Shown in pieces: positions 35,616 to 48,640 of a DNA stretch of 64,000 bases (its first letter is position 1; every line of letters begins with the position of its first letter). Made by a program: the position numbers and the translations under genes. The notes below the pieces were generated by a model that had not been told where the DNA came from, did no database searches, and was given only the letters and a program-made list of their open reading frames with translations. This stretch comes from Felis catus (taxonomy: Eukaryota), in NCBI RefSeq assembly GCF_018350175.1, contig NC_058368.1, positions 204,664,001-204,728,000 of the forward strand, given 5' to 3'.

Positions 35616-37369
35616 GTCTAAACTAGTGAAGAGTAAATAGGGTTAAAAAATAGATGAAGAAGTAAACAAAAGCTGTACAATAGTGACAATAAGTCAAATA
35701 CTAACGTTTCTATACTCTACGCATACAGCACCTACTTGAGCTCCACAGCACGTGGAAAAGTTTTGCTATACACATTATTAATAGTCAAAAGCATTAAGGC
35801 TTCTCCATTCTTCTGCATGCCACCCAAGTTTTCTCTAAACAAATCTAAAATTAGTGCAATGTTATGTGCATATGTAGAAATTATTTGTCCCTGTTACACA
35901 AAAAAACTATTCCATTGTTCAACTCATCTTCTTGCCATCAGTATGACAGGACTCAAAATCTGGTGTACTGCTAAATCTGATGTGTGACTTTTAAATATAG
36001 GTATTCTCAATGTACGGTGTTTAAAATATTTCATAACTATCATGCCACGAGTATTTTTTGCTGTATTTCCTGGTAGTGTGCTTATTGCCATGGACTGAAT
36101 TGTGTCCCCCTGCCCCTCAAATTCCTTTGGGTATAACCAGCTAACTGCAAAGAATGAGTTTTAGTTTTAGTCCTATGGAACCAATCATAAGAAATTCTAC
36201 ATTATTCCAGAGGTAAACTCATCCAGTTAGAATGAAGAAATGGACTTTCACAAAATGGCTAGCATTTACACTTGGGGATGGGAGAGTGTTTAGAAGAATT
36301 AGGATTAATACAATCTAAAAATATGAGACACTTTAGACTTTTCACAAGCAAAGTGCAAGGAGAAAATACAAATTTGAAGTTTAGGCATTCTGGATTAAGG
36401 AAAGAGCATATGCCAATGCCTGGTGTGTGAAAGTGGTAATGGAAACTAGTCCAAAGTAAAAGGTAAATAAAATTCCTAAAGTAATTTTACGGGTCATATT
36501 ATTGTTTCAAATGAAGTACAACACAACAGACATTGCTTTGACAATTTGTTACTTCACAAATCTCGTTTCCTTCCTCTTTTTGATTGGACGTTAAATCAAA
36601 TATATGACATCTGACAACTATTAGTGGTTTTTAAATGAAAGAATTTTAGCTGTGCATTTTCAGCTTACTGAATTATTATTCAAGTAAAACTATATAAAAA
36701 TCCCTTTAAAAATTATAACTTGATCTTTAAGGCAGGAAAATAATTGTAATTAGCACCCCATAATAAATACAGCAAAATTCTTTTTTGGGGTAAAGCTTAA
36801 CAATCATCAGTATTTGATAACTGTTACTCTTTAATAGAACTATAGGATCATCTGAGGTAGTTAATGCAAAACTTTCCCCCGTCCCCCCCCCCAACATTTT
36901 TCTTTTTAGTTCCTAACATTTTAAATAAAAAGGTTTTACTACAGTTCTCAGACCCCAGCTCTTGAATTAAATTCATTTTAATTTCAGCTTGATTTTCCTC
37001 CCAAACGCCTCTGTTCTAATGAGACTCTGGGAGTGTTTTTCTTTTTAAAACCATCGCTAATATTCCACTGGCTGTTATCGCATGCCGTTCCGCCCGGTGC
37101 AGGAGTTTGTCACACAGGCTGAAAAGCCATCCAATCCATTTCTAGGTGTCTTCACGGTACCCCCCAATTTCCTCCATCAACATCTCTTCAGTGGCTGTGG
37201 CCTTCTTGCCCGTGAAGCTACGAAACAAGCTGGTGATTCAGTGCCGGTCAAGTTCATCGGTGAGAAGCAGGGACTGACTTGTGACCTTCCGGCCCAGCAG
37301 CAACCACCCCCCTCAGGTGGGTGACAGCGCCCTTTACTCCATGGCTCTTATGCCAACCAGCATCTGGGC

Positions 37370-37880
37370 CTCAGCTCCGTCCCTCCCCCTCCCGGGTTCG
37401 GCGGGGCCCGTGCGGGGCCCGAAGACAGACTGGGGGTGGGGGTGGGGCTCCTCCTCTCCCCTCCCTGCTGCTCTCGGTGAACGCACGCTTGGTCCCGAGG
37501 CCCGGGGCTCCCGCTCCCTCCCCCTCCCCCCGCGCGCCGGGGACCAGAGGGACCCAACTCTACTGCAGGACTCGCCGCACCAGGCCTGACGGGAGTGGAT
37601 GGCTTAGGAGACGTGAGGAGGTATGAAGAAAAGAATTTCCAAGGCCAAAGTGGGAATTTCGAACCCGGGGACAAAAAGCCTGGAGCGTACCTGACGCCGC
37701 TCACAGTTCCCCACAGTCTCCCGCGTCACCACTTCCGGGTGCTGGTCCGCCCCGCACTGCTGTCCCCTCCCCGGAAGCAAGTTCCCCCAACAATAGGCCC
37801 GCCCTTCTCCCGGCCCCGACCTGGGCCGCCAGTTTTCCACCTCCGGTGGTCCCTGCCTCCTTGGCCCTTGCTCGCCTCAG
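37370..37880 (-). promoter_or_regulatory. CCDC152: CpG-island promoter and probable non-coding exon 1 of CCDC152
   Basis: Only GC/CpG-rich island in the window, 2 kb upstream of the ATG exon. Candidate donor CAG/GTACGC at 37691/37690; ETS motifs CCGGAAGT (37738-37731, -) and CCGGAAGC (37771-37778, +); GC boxes near 37747 and 37798. Confidence 0.8.
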
Positions 37881-38834
37881 CATCTGGTGCTTCTTAGATA
37901 TTTTTTTCTGGTTTCTGGGACATGACCCAACATCCAGTGCCTGCCAGATTCCTAATTATTTCCCTAGCCAAAGAATAAATCACATTGGTTTTAAGTTTGG
38001 AGCAGTGAGTCAGCATCATTGAATTAATAATCCATATTTATTTGAGTAATTTATGAAATAGGCTTATAATGTACGAAGAGACTGTGCTAGGTGATGGAGA
38101 TGAAAGCATGAATATAATCAGTCTGTGCAGTCCAGAGTCAGCTGATGGAGATGATCTCCCATCTACAAAACGGTCTTGGTAACTAATGGTAAAGGCTTAG
38201 GCTCCCTCCGCATGAATTCAAGCCCGCAACTCTTTTATATCCCAACTGGGTGATCCCGGGCAAGTTTTTAAGTATACCTGCCTCGGCTTCTTTATTTGTA
38301 AAATTGACATTGATAATGATGCCTACTTCATAGGCCTGTTGTGATGACTAAAGGATTAGAATTTTGGTCAATAACAGTTTGAAACTGTATCCACTGCCAA
38401 CTCTGGCCTACTTTTTTTTTTTTTTTTTTTTTTTGAGTGGGAGAAGAGAGATATTTTTTATGAATTTTGTTTTCTATGAAATCCAAGATGTGGCCAGCAA
38501 ATACATGTATACTGTAATAGGATAATTCATACTTGATTATTGGGAAGGTAGTAGAGCATGATGGCAAGGTAATCTGGTCAAAGTGGGAAATGTAGGGTGG
38601 AGCCCTCTCTCTGCTGTTAGTCAGCTGGGAAGGTTGATTCATCTTCCCAAGACTTCCCCCCCCCCCCAATTTTAAAATAAGAGAAGTGGACTAAATAAAA
38701 AAGCTAAAATTTTAGGATTTTAAACTGGTCTTATCAAATATTTTGAAAAATGTTTTTTTCATGTTCTTGAGCTCATTAATTTCACAAAATTTGTGTATAT
38801 TATTTATGCATATATGTCTGTGTGCATTTTTGTT

Positions 38835-39047
38835 TAATTTTTATTTATTTATTTATTAAAGTTTATCTGGTTTTTGAGAGAGAGAATACGCAAGCTGGGG
38901 AGGGACAGAGAGAGGGGATGCAGAGGATCTGAAGCAGGCTCCACGCTGACAGCAGAGAGCCTGACATGGGTCTCGAATCCATGAATCATGAAATCATGTC
39001 CTGAGCCAAAGTTGGATGCTTAACCAACTGAGCTGCCTAGGCACCCC
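38835..39047 (-). mobile_element. CAN-SINE
   Basis: Diverged body; TSD tgtttaattttta. Confidence 0.9.
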
Positions 39048-39832
39048 TTATGTTTAATTTTTAAACTTCTGGCTACCCAATAAGCTTTCCTTGATGTAAC
39101 AACACATAGGGATATTAAAAATGGCCTTTTGAATTGCTGGTTCTATCCAATTAGCACATATAAAATGTTCCATGTAACCCATATCATAATGGTTATTGAA
39201 ATAAGCCCATTTTAAGACCCACCTAAGATGCTACCTTCTCCATAAGGCATTCACTGATCATATTGATCAGTTGTGACATGCCTTTCCTTACTCTATGCTC
39301 CTATTACACTTCGGACCAGGCTGGCCTTCCTGTGGCCTTTGTTAGGGCTGTTGGAATTTTTTTCCCGCTGTTTGATCAGCTCCTTGGGGGAAGAATGCCT
39401 ATTTTATATATATATTTCTCCATAGTGCCTAGCTAATGAGAATAAATAGAAATGAACCAACACACCAGAAATAAATCAGAAAAATTTAGCTTGATTTTTC
39501 TAGTTTGAAATGAGTCATAAGCTTCTCTTCCAGTTCATAGATACTAGTTTTTTTTTTCCCCAAAGAGTCTAGTGAGTTCAAAATATCTCTGTCAATGAGA
39601 AACTATATAAACTTCCCATGATTTCATTTTTAAAAAGGGAATGCCTTTCACAGTTGTATTCACAGTTTTATTCATCAAGTATCATCCAATTGAGAAACAG
39701 AAAGGATTCATTGAGTATTTGCTCAGAAACTGCCTGAAAAACCTAAGAGGAATAAATTATATTATTGTGCCATATTAACAAAGGGAGTATAAAGAAAGTA
39801 ATGTGCAAGTCCATTAAAAAATACCATGATAT

Positions 39833-40040
39833 GGGGTGCCTGGGTGGCGCAGTCGGTTGGGCGTCCGACTTCAGCCAGGTCGCGATCTCGCAGTCCGTGA
39901 GTTTGAGCCCCGCGTCAGGCTCTGGGCTGATGACTCAGAGGCTGGAGCCTGTTTCCGATTCTGTGTCTCCCTATCTCTCTGCCCCTCCCCCGTTCATGCT
40001 CTGTCTCTCTGTCCCAAAAGTAAATAAACGTTGAAAAAAA
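39833..40040 (+). mobile_element. CAN-SINE (SINEC_Fc-like)
   Basis: TSD aaaaaataccatgatat. Confidence 0.95.
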
Positions 40041-40595
40041 AATACCATGATATAGAAAATAAACATATGAGCCTACCCAACTGCAAAAAAATCAGAGGCT
40101 ACTGATTAATTCATATAAGGATCTTAAGATGAGTGATACGTCGATTTTTTTTTTTTTAGGTTACAAACAGCTTCAGTTATTAATTCATTCAAAAATATTT
40201 AAGTCCTTGCAAGGTATCAGCTACTGAGTGTCTAGGCAGTATGGAGAGAAAGACAAGTAAGGTGCTATCTTAATTTGGACCTCACATCTCATAGGATTGC
40301 CTTTTTAAGACCATGAGCAATTACCCATCTGTTCAATCAAGAAATACTTGCTGGGCACCAAACCTGTTCTGGGATCTATAAGAATAGGAATGAATAAATC
40401 AGACATGATCCTGGACCTCAGAAGGCTTACAGTTTTGAGAGAGAAATACATAATAAATAAGTAAACGACTGATAAATAAAAACTGAAATAAGAGCAAAGA
40501 AAGAAACACAAATCCAGGATATTGACTCAAAAAGTGAATGGGAGCAGCTTTAGATATAGTGATCAAGGAAAGTCTGAGGAGACTTCCTCCTCTTT

Positions 40596-40857
40596 TTCTT
40601 CTTCTTCTTCTTCTTCTTCTTCTTCTTCTTCTTCTTCTTCTTCTCCTCCTCCTCCTCCTCCTCCTTTTTAAGTTTATTTATTTTGAGAGAGAAAAAGAAA
40701 GCACCGTTGAGGGTGGGGCAGAGAGAGAGGGAGAGAGAATCAAGCAGGCTCTTCACTGTCAGTACAGAGCCTGATACAGGGATCAAACTCACGAACCATG
40801 AAATCATGCCCTGAGCTGAAGTCTGATGCTTAACTGACTAAGCCACCCAGGTACCCC
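40596..40857 (-). mobile_element. CAN-SINE whose tail has become a (CTT)n(CTC)n microsatellite (40596-40664)
   Basis: Direct reading; explains the poly-L and poly-K ORFs. Confidence 0.92.
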
Positions 40858-41009
40858 TCAGTTTCTTCTTAATGCTCACTTTCCCTGATCGATTTTCTTA
40901 TTCTTACTTTTCACTAATCTGTTTTAGTGGCCTCTAGATCTCCTATGGGAATTCTTCTTGGCACTACTTACAAGGGAATTGGTTCTTGTCCTCCTGAGTT
41001 TTAGGGCAC

Positions 41010-41430
41010 TGTTGGTTGGTAACCTTCCAGGAAGCTTCACTGGTTTAATCTGAAACCAGTCCCCCTTACTGTGAGGGCAGGAAGAGACCAAAGCAAGAGA
41101 CTTGCCACTCCAGATAGACAGGTGGCAGTTTTAATAAATGAAGGGAACTTATGAGGTTTGTCTTGGGTGGCAGCAAGGTGAATGGATCCCCAAACCCACC
41201 TGTCAAACCATAAGTTTACATAGAGGCTGTAACTAGGTTCAGTCATGTATACTATGCAGGTGGTTCTTAACACCACATCACTATCTCAAGGCCCTGCAGC
41301 CTCTAGAAGTGGGGAAGGCAAGTGGAATGCACATTTCAAGGACAGCAGAAGGGATGAAGAGCCTCTGAGTGCCCAGGTCCAGCTCATAGGTCAACTGGCA
41401 GTCACATCTTTTTGATGACCTTCCTCAACA
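41010..41430 (-). mobile_element. Solo LTR (family unassigned)
   Basis: TG...CA ends, perfect 5-bp TSD GGCAC (41005-41009, 41431-41435), minus-strand ATTAAA at 41135-41130. Confidence 0.8.
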
Positions 41431-42066
41431 GGCACTTTTCACTCTTTGAATCTCATGACCAGGTAAGAGAGAGGCTTTCAGCTTGATGGAGATTGAAGGG
41501 ATGCAATTTCTAGTAATATCCATTATACAATCAAATATAAATGTCCTATTTCATGTTAAGTTCATTCATTAATCTATCTTGTCTCTGACTTATAGTTGAA
41601 GACTGGGAATTGAGTTCTAACCACTTTCCGGTATCTTGAATGTGGAACAACTTTGATAAAGCTGTTTGCAGCCTTTGTTGAAAAATGGGCTTAGCAATCT
41701 CCTCTGAGGCTGTGTTCAATCTTCACTAATGGAATTTACCTTGTAATAAGAGCTTATTCTACTCCATGGGATAGTATCTTCATGTCACTGATTGTTTCTT
41801 AGGCTGCTCATGGAGGTCTGAAGCCTGTGTTCCAGCCGAGACTCAGCCCAAGTTTTTCCCTCCGTCCATTTCACCTGGGAGATTTTCTACTCCACTCCAC
41901 CCTTCCCCATTATAAGGAAGTATTTGTTTAGTCTACTTCTCTCCATAGTTAGGAGGCATAAATGGAAGTCTCGGGACTTTTCTGACTCAACAGTAATGTT
42001 TGTAAGGGGTGACAGTGGGTAGAGGAGCCCTCACTAACCTGCCTGTGTTACTCTCTAGGCTGTTAT

Positions 42067-42275
42067 CTTTTTAAAAAATGTGTATTTATATATTTTGAGA
42101 GAGAGTGTGAGCAGGGGAGGGGCAGAAAGAGAGAGAGGGAGAGAGAGCGTCCCAAGCAGGCTCTGTGCTGTGAGTGCACAGCGGATGTGGGGCTCAATCT
42201 CACCGTGAGGTTCAATCTCACTGGGAGATCATGACCTGAGCCAAAATCAAGAGTCAGTCGCTTAACTGGCACCTA
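42067..42275 (-). mobile_element. CAN-SINE
   Basis: Body with internal duplication tcaatctcac; flanking ggctgt(t/c)atctttttaaa. Confidence 0.88.
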
Positions 42276-43443
42276 AGGCTGTCATCTTTTTAAATGTATG
42301 ATATGGGGTTGTCTGGTTCTTGTTGTTGTTGAACTTTTTTTGTGGTTTCATCTATTTTTTGTTTATCTTGCTAGGTTATAGGGTGATGGGATTCTGTGAT
42401 TTGTTTATTATCTCCCATCTTTACCAAGAAGCATCAATAACAATTGTACACCAATTGTGTGCATAGTTTGAAGAGATTTAAGGAGATAAATTGTACTTGA
42501 AATATCATTTACAACTCCTACGAAACAATTTATCCATGGGCTTCATATGCTTGCATGATTCTCAAATTGCTTAGTGTCATGTCTCCTCAGCTACATGGCA
42601 TGCATTATGAAGACTTCATGTCCATTTCTTAATTGATGTTGCTGTTAAAAGGCAATTTCCAGTTCCATTTAAGTTGATCTAGTAATCCCTAAAGGATTTA
42701 TGCTAGGATTTTAAAGAGAGAATCTGGGTCAAACAGAAAGAAGTGATAACCTGTCTCTTCAACACCTTCATCAGCTACTCTGGGGCCCCCTGGGTGATTT
42801 CCCCTTGCAGTCGGGTCTCCATCAGGAGCAATGTTGTTTATTTGCCAAAGTACTTTGAACTCTCTCAAAGCCTTGGACGGGAACAAACAAAACAACAATG
42901 GGAAATAAAATACTGCTGAGAACCAACAAGACTAATTTCGGCTCCAGGAACTTGAATTACAACAGAAATCTAAGTTACAGTCACCTCACGGGCTCAGCTG
43001 AAGGATTAGGCGCCTCTAAGTGGGCTGAAAGTGCCAACCTCTCCCCCTGGATCTTTAGGCCAAACACTCAAACCCAGCTCCCAACAGTGAAGCTGATTCC
43101 ATCACAGCTGTTGTAAATACTGGAAAATAATATTGCCAAAAACAGGAAGAAGAAAGTGAAAACAGGCACACAGGAAACAAATGAAGATAATTAGATTCCA
43201 CCTGGATCCTCTTGCTTACTGAAAGAATCAGAGAAAATCAGCTGCCCAGGGTTAGCAAGTGGCAAAACGAAACGAACACTGGCAGAATGTCTTCTAACCA
43301 ATTTTAAATCGAAAGACTTTATGGCTGGACTTGGATTTAAAAAAATTAAAAAAAAAACCTTAATGAAGAAAATCCAACACATCAAAGATTTCCCTAGGAA
43401 AGGCTAAGTGTGGCTGAAAGTGCCAGGCTTCAAATCTTTTGAC

Positions 43444-43623
43444 CAGAACTGGCTACGAAATTTGTGGGGCCTTGTGTGAAATGAAAGCGTGGGGCTCCTG
43501 TTAAAATAATATTAAGAATTTTGGGGCAGAATAGCAGAACATGAAACCAGGAATAGGCCCTTCTATACGTGAAGCTCGGCTCTGTGCTACTACACTGGTC
43601 ACACATCCGTGCAACTGGCCCTG
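43444..43623 (-). mobile_element. MER45A-like hAT MITE
   Basis: About 180 bp, reverse-complement similar to the termini of the element at 22566-23785. Confidence 0.8.
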
Positions 43624-43667
43624 CCTTTGACTCCTGCACTCTCATCCCATAGGTTTTTACTTTTTTC

Positions 43668-43879
43668 TTTAAAAAAATTTGTTTTTAATTCATTTATTTT
43701 TGAGAGACAGAGCACAAGTGGGGGAGGGGCAGAGAGAGAATGAGACACAGAATCTGAAGCAGGCTCGAGGCTCCGAGCTGGCAGCACAGATCCCTATGCG
43801 GGGCTTGAACTCACAAACTTCGAGATCATGACCCGAGCTGAAGTCGGATGCCCAACCGACTGAGCCACCCAGGCGCCCC
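43668..43879 (-). mobile_element. CAN-SINE
   Basis: TSD tttttacttttttc. Confidence 0.93.
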
Positions 43880-44498
43880 TTTTTACTTTTTTCGAGTTCC
43901 TCTGTTATTTATATATTTTTGCTTAGACGTTTAGGACTTGTCTGTGTGCGGCGGGTGGGTAGAGAATGTTTGGGATGCAGAGGAGGAGGGATACAGCTCC
44001 CTCTGTTGACGCCTCAAAGCATTGGATAACCCCCTGCCAGGAATGCAGGCTCCTCCTAGGTTCCCTCTTGTGCTTTATCGCTAACAGTCACTGTTTTATA
44101 GCCATGAACCAGTGCGAAGAATTCTTTAAAGTGAGCTCAGAAACTATTGTGTCAGTGAGCTATTCAAAAGGTTACAGGTGTATTTGTTTATTCCCAAAGT
44201 TTCTTTGTTATGATCGGGGGGGAGGAAACACTGCTCTTTCAGTAGGTCAGATTTGGTGGAGTCAGGGGGATACAGGACACAAGGCAAGGTTAAGGTCACT
44301 AAGTCATTTCGTTAAAAATAGAATCCACACAGGCCATCAACATCTTCAGGCCACAGCGAAAGCTCAGAGTTTTAAGGATTGTCTCTAGACTGAGATAGGA
44401 GTTAGAAGTGCCTACAGAAGGCTGGTGCCGCAGGCCAAGTTTGTGATGAGTCTTAAAGATGAGGCTAAGGAGCATAAACTTAACCTTGATGGCCGTGG

Positions 44499-45100
44499 TG
44501 TTGCAGGATTTTTTTTTTTTACCTCAATACCTGGGATTCATGGTCTCACCATTTCGAAGAATGAAGAGGTGGACACAAAATGAGCAGCAGACAAAAGTTT
44601 ATTAGAGAATAAGAAAGTAAGGAGTATGAAAGCTCTCTTTATAGAGAGAGGGTATTCAAAGGTGAATACCCATGACTATAGGAGAGGGTCCTTATTTCAT
44701 AAGGTTCTGGTCAACCCCCCCTCCCCCCCTTTCCCCTCATTCCTTCTCAGGTCCTACCCTTACGGGCTGGACAACTCTAGGTGCTGGGTTGTCCCTTTCT
44801 GATCGTCTCGACTCCATTGTGTGAGGAGTCTGACTGGTCATACTACTGTTCCTCCCTCGTATAACATAGGTTTCATGGTTTACTTTCTGTAGTTAGGTAT
44901 TTTGATTGTCAAATTCCTGAGGGGAACCCCAGGGAGAGTAGTGGGTGTCTGTTACATTCTTAAGAGGAAACTTAAGCCCAAGGGGCTTTGCTGTGGTCAG
45001 ATGCTCCCAGCAGTGTTCCAAAAATATGTGTTTTTCCCCACCCAGGGACCTCAGGCCCTAACCTTTCCCTCTCTATTTTATCCTATCTTTCCCTATCATA
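44499..45100 (-). mobile_element. Solo ERV1-type LTR, about 600 bp
   Basis: Inverted homologue of 62452-63050; 4-bp TSD GTGG; minus-strand AATAAA near 44600. Confidence 0.88.
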
Positions 45101-45581
45101 GTGGGAGCTCATCAACATGTTTTAACCAAAGGATTGGTTAAATCCCATCTATATTTTAGAAAGACAGTTCTGGTGAGACCAGAGCTTATGGAAGAGAAAT
45201 TTGGGAAATCAGACAATAAAAGTCTGAACTTTTACAAGAGAAAATTCAAGGGATATGTAGAGGTTAAATCCTGGTGATGGGATGGGCGTTTGGAGGTCAG
45301 AGAGTGGATAGTTAGGGCTTAGATATTTTGTAACTTAGATCATCATAAATGCTGATGCATTATTGGATATAGGGAGTACCAGAGGAATAACAAGTCAGTA
45401 AAATTCCTGTCTGGGGGCAAGTGTAGGGGGGCTTCCATCCTATGGAGTAAGATAATAACAAACCAAGAGATTTATCTTTTGACTTCTACCATTTGCAACC
45501 TCATCTTTAGAGATTTAGTGCATTATAACTTTTGAAATTATTGAGCAAAAGTAAACAGCTATTGTCCAATAAACTCCTTTT

Positions 45582-45795
45582 AATTTTTTTTCAACGTTTA
45601 TTTATTTTTTGGGACAGAGAGAGACAGAGCATGAACGGGGGAGGGGCAGAGAGAGAGGGAGACACAGAATCGGAAACAGGCTCCAGGCTCTGAGCCATCA
45701 GCCCAGAGCCTGACGTGGGGCTCGAACTCACGGACCGCGAGATCGTGACCTGGTTGAAGTTGGACGCTTAACCGACTGCGCCACCCAGGCGCCCC
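45582..45795 (-). mobile_element. Young CAN-SINE
   Basis: TSD caataaactccttttaa. Confidence 0.95.
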
Positions 45796-45889
45796 CAATA
45801 AACTCCTTTTAAATAAGGCCAAATAATTAGAATATAGCTGAGACAGACGTCTACTAAAAAGTTCTGATAAAAGTTTTAATAAAGTAAGG

Positions 45890-46357
45890 CATTATGCTAT
45901 GCATAGTGCTCTTTGGCATGAGGATCATATTGAGCTGATTACTCAACAGCAGACACAGGAGAAGCTCTGACAACAGAGTAGAAGTTGCCCTTTTCTAAGG
46001 GTAATTTTACATTAGAAAGGGGACCTGTACCAGGAAGAGAGCTATTACCAGAGATAATTTCATCTGAGAGACTTATCTAACCAGTAGGGCAATCCTTGTT
46101 GAACAAACATTTTCCTCTTTTCACTTTCCCATAAACTGCCTTCCCCCCACTTTGAAGCTCCGGACCCCTAGCCCTTTCTTTAGTTCCAGGAGGTATATAA
46201 TCCTCAATTGTCTGGCTGCCTTTTGCAGGGCTCCTGTATGTTTGAACATAATTTAAATAAATTTTCTTCTCCTGTTAATCTGTCTCTTGTCAGTTTAACT
46301 CTTAGACCAGACCACATAACCTTGAAGAGTAGAAGGGAGAATTTTTCCACCTCGACA
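45890..46357 (+). mobile_element. MER34-like ERV1 LTR
   Basis: ctctttggcatgaggatcatattgagctga...aataaattttcttctcctgttaatctgtct...CA matches recalled MER34 features. Confidence 0.7.
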
Positions 46358-47136
46358 ATATTAACAGTCCAAAAATGGATTTTCTGACTCTAGCTAAGTT
46401 ACCTTATTTATTATGTAAAAGGAGATTTCAAAATGGAATAAGCAAGCCTAGCTAAGAGAGTCTCTTTTAAAATGAGGTCAGGTCGGAAGCTGTAAGGTTG
46501 GGGGAATTTATGCATGTCCTCATTGGAGGAACCATGAACTTTTTGCCTGCTGCAAACCTTCAGCCTGGGTTTAACTCTCTCTTCACCAGGACACCTGTAT
46601 CATTTGCGGTCTTCAGTTTGAAAGGCGTCAAAGTGATGAGTCTCAATCCCTCATCTGCGTATTAACTCAAGCAATCCTTGGCTCGCTTACTTTCTATCCC
46701 TGTTTTGCGTCAGGGACCTGATTAAGAACCACACTTGTAATCTTTTGCCTTTATAATCCTGCACCCTTGTTGTCTAACTTGGATATGGATTCAGGTTTCG
46801 ACCTGAATCTGTGTCTCCTTAATTGCCCAAATTCCTGTTTGCTTAATTTTTTTTAGCTAATTCTTGTTCAACAGTTACAACAAATTCACTGTAATAGTCA
46901 TCTACAAATCACTGAATTATATTTCTGAAACTGATCTAAGCGGAAATAGCCCATTCTTTTAGACTCATTAGAAATGCTAGTCAGAGAATGGCAGAGAAAT
47001 AGAACAGAAGACTATTAAATGTCATCTTTCAGTTGAGCCCATTTGAGAAACCTTCAGAAATACATCTCATTGGGATATGTCTTTGTCCTGTGTGCGTGAC
47101 CTTAGGCAATCAATGAACGCGAGGTTACTTTGGTCG

Positions 47137-47471
47137 TGTTACAAAATCAACCGAGGCATATTAAAAATTTCAAGAGTTTATCTGAGCAAAAATTGATTCC
47201 ACTGGGCAGCTCCAAACCAGAAGTGGTCAGGAGGCCTCTGAAAACGGGAGCTGGGGAGAGATTGTTTATAGAGAAAAGGTGGAAGCCAAGCAAGGAAATT
47301 ATTGATGGAATATAGCTTAAAGCCCAATTGGCTGTTTGTGATTGGTTGTCCTTAGGTTTTGATTTCATAACCTTGAGGCATTTACAGGCTTAGATTCTGG
47401 TTTGCTGACGTAAACCTCATGGCATTTGAGCCTCCTCAGTCCAATGACCTCCTTGTTTAATTAATTTAACA
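47137..47471 (-). mobile_element. Solo LTR, MER57/MER72-like ERV1 group
   Basis: TGTTAAATTAATT...TGTAACA on the minus strand with two CCAAT boxes and CTATAAA. Confidence 0.7.
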
Positions 47472-48209
47472 GTGTCATAGGACTTGTCTTCTGTCAGTGT
47501 TATGAAAACTATGAGGCTGAGTCAATACTATACTTCTAGGCCTTTAGAGGTAGACTCCCCAAGAAATTCCAGGGAATTTCAATCTGAGCCCATTTTACCT
47601 AGCAGAAATATTTCTATAACCTTCCCCACCCTTCCTGGTGCTCTGTCCACTGTATTACTATAAAATGTAACTAGTCCAGAAATTGAGATAACCAGAAGAC
47701 CATAGTGGTGAAACACACTGATTTTGCCTATGGATGCTGGGAAGCTTTTACAGTGAAGACAATTCTTGTAGTTTTTAGCCTCTTCTAGAAGGAGGGGTAA
47801 GAATTGTTCTGGATGAATAAAGAAAAGTGTAATATCAACAGGTGATTCTGGTTTGATCTCTTTGCAAAAGAGACTCTCCCCTCCCCTTTGAGAATTGGAA
47901 ATCCTTAAGCAGGCCAGTGCCCTCTGGAGTTGCTCTCGTGTGATCTGCCTAATAGATATGCTCTATATGGATTGAGACTACCCAACAAAATCAGAACTTC
48001 TTTCTTAGATTGTGTCAGGAAGTAAAAAGGGGGATATAGAAAAAGAGCATCAGGGCCACAGGAACAGGGTGGGATGATTAGAGGAGAGAGACCTCCAGAT
48101 GAATGCCTCTGAGGAAATGTAAGAGTTAATAAGAGTTACCGTTGGGTCACTGTTGGAGTCTGATTGCGTAGCTAAGAATGTGACTTTCTTAATTTAATTT
48201 CTTAAATTG

Positions 48210-48597
48210 ATTTGTATATTGAGATCTACAAAATGGAGACTGCCCTAGTGGCCCATCCCATGTCACAAATCTAAACCTAAGTCAGCCTGCTCTTACAAGA
48301 AGTATCTGTCAAGGAAATGTAACCACAGGTCTCCAACTCAGCTTTAGCTAGCTTACCTTACTCTAGAAAATGGGACCTGCTGGTCTTAAAAAGGAAATTC
48401 CTGACCTAGTCAATCCTGCTTTGCTTCCCTGTTGCTTTTTCTAAGCTCTATAAAACTTGAGCTTGCCTAAAATCCCTTGGGAAAAGTGCTTCACTGCTTA
48501 GGAGACATTGTACTCCCCCAATCCATGGCTTTTTTTTTTTTTTTTAATGAAGGACATCAAGGTCATTAATAAATTGGTTTTGTTTTGTCACTTGACA
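48210..48597 (+). mobile_element. Degenerate ERV1-like LTR
   Basis: caaaatggag start region, ctataaaa, aataaa, ends tgaca. Confidence 0.5.
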
Positions 48598-48640
48598 CTT
48601 CTTCACTTTTTACTGTGTGTATGAAAGCTCATCACATAGC

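Noticed and set aside
37082..37897. Several overlapping Pro/Gly/Arg-rich ORFs
   Set aside because: Result of stop-codon scarcity in the CpG island.
40538..40807. Poly-Leu and poly-Lys ORFs
   Set aside because: Translation of a (CTT)n microsatellite in a SINE tail.
43966..44388. 140-aa ORF
   Set aside because: No recognisable homology or exon context.
44902..45141. Near-identical peptides at 44902 (+) and 62528 (-) suggesting a duplicated gene
   Set aside because: Both lie in the U3 region of two copies of one LTR family.
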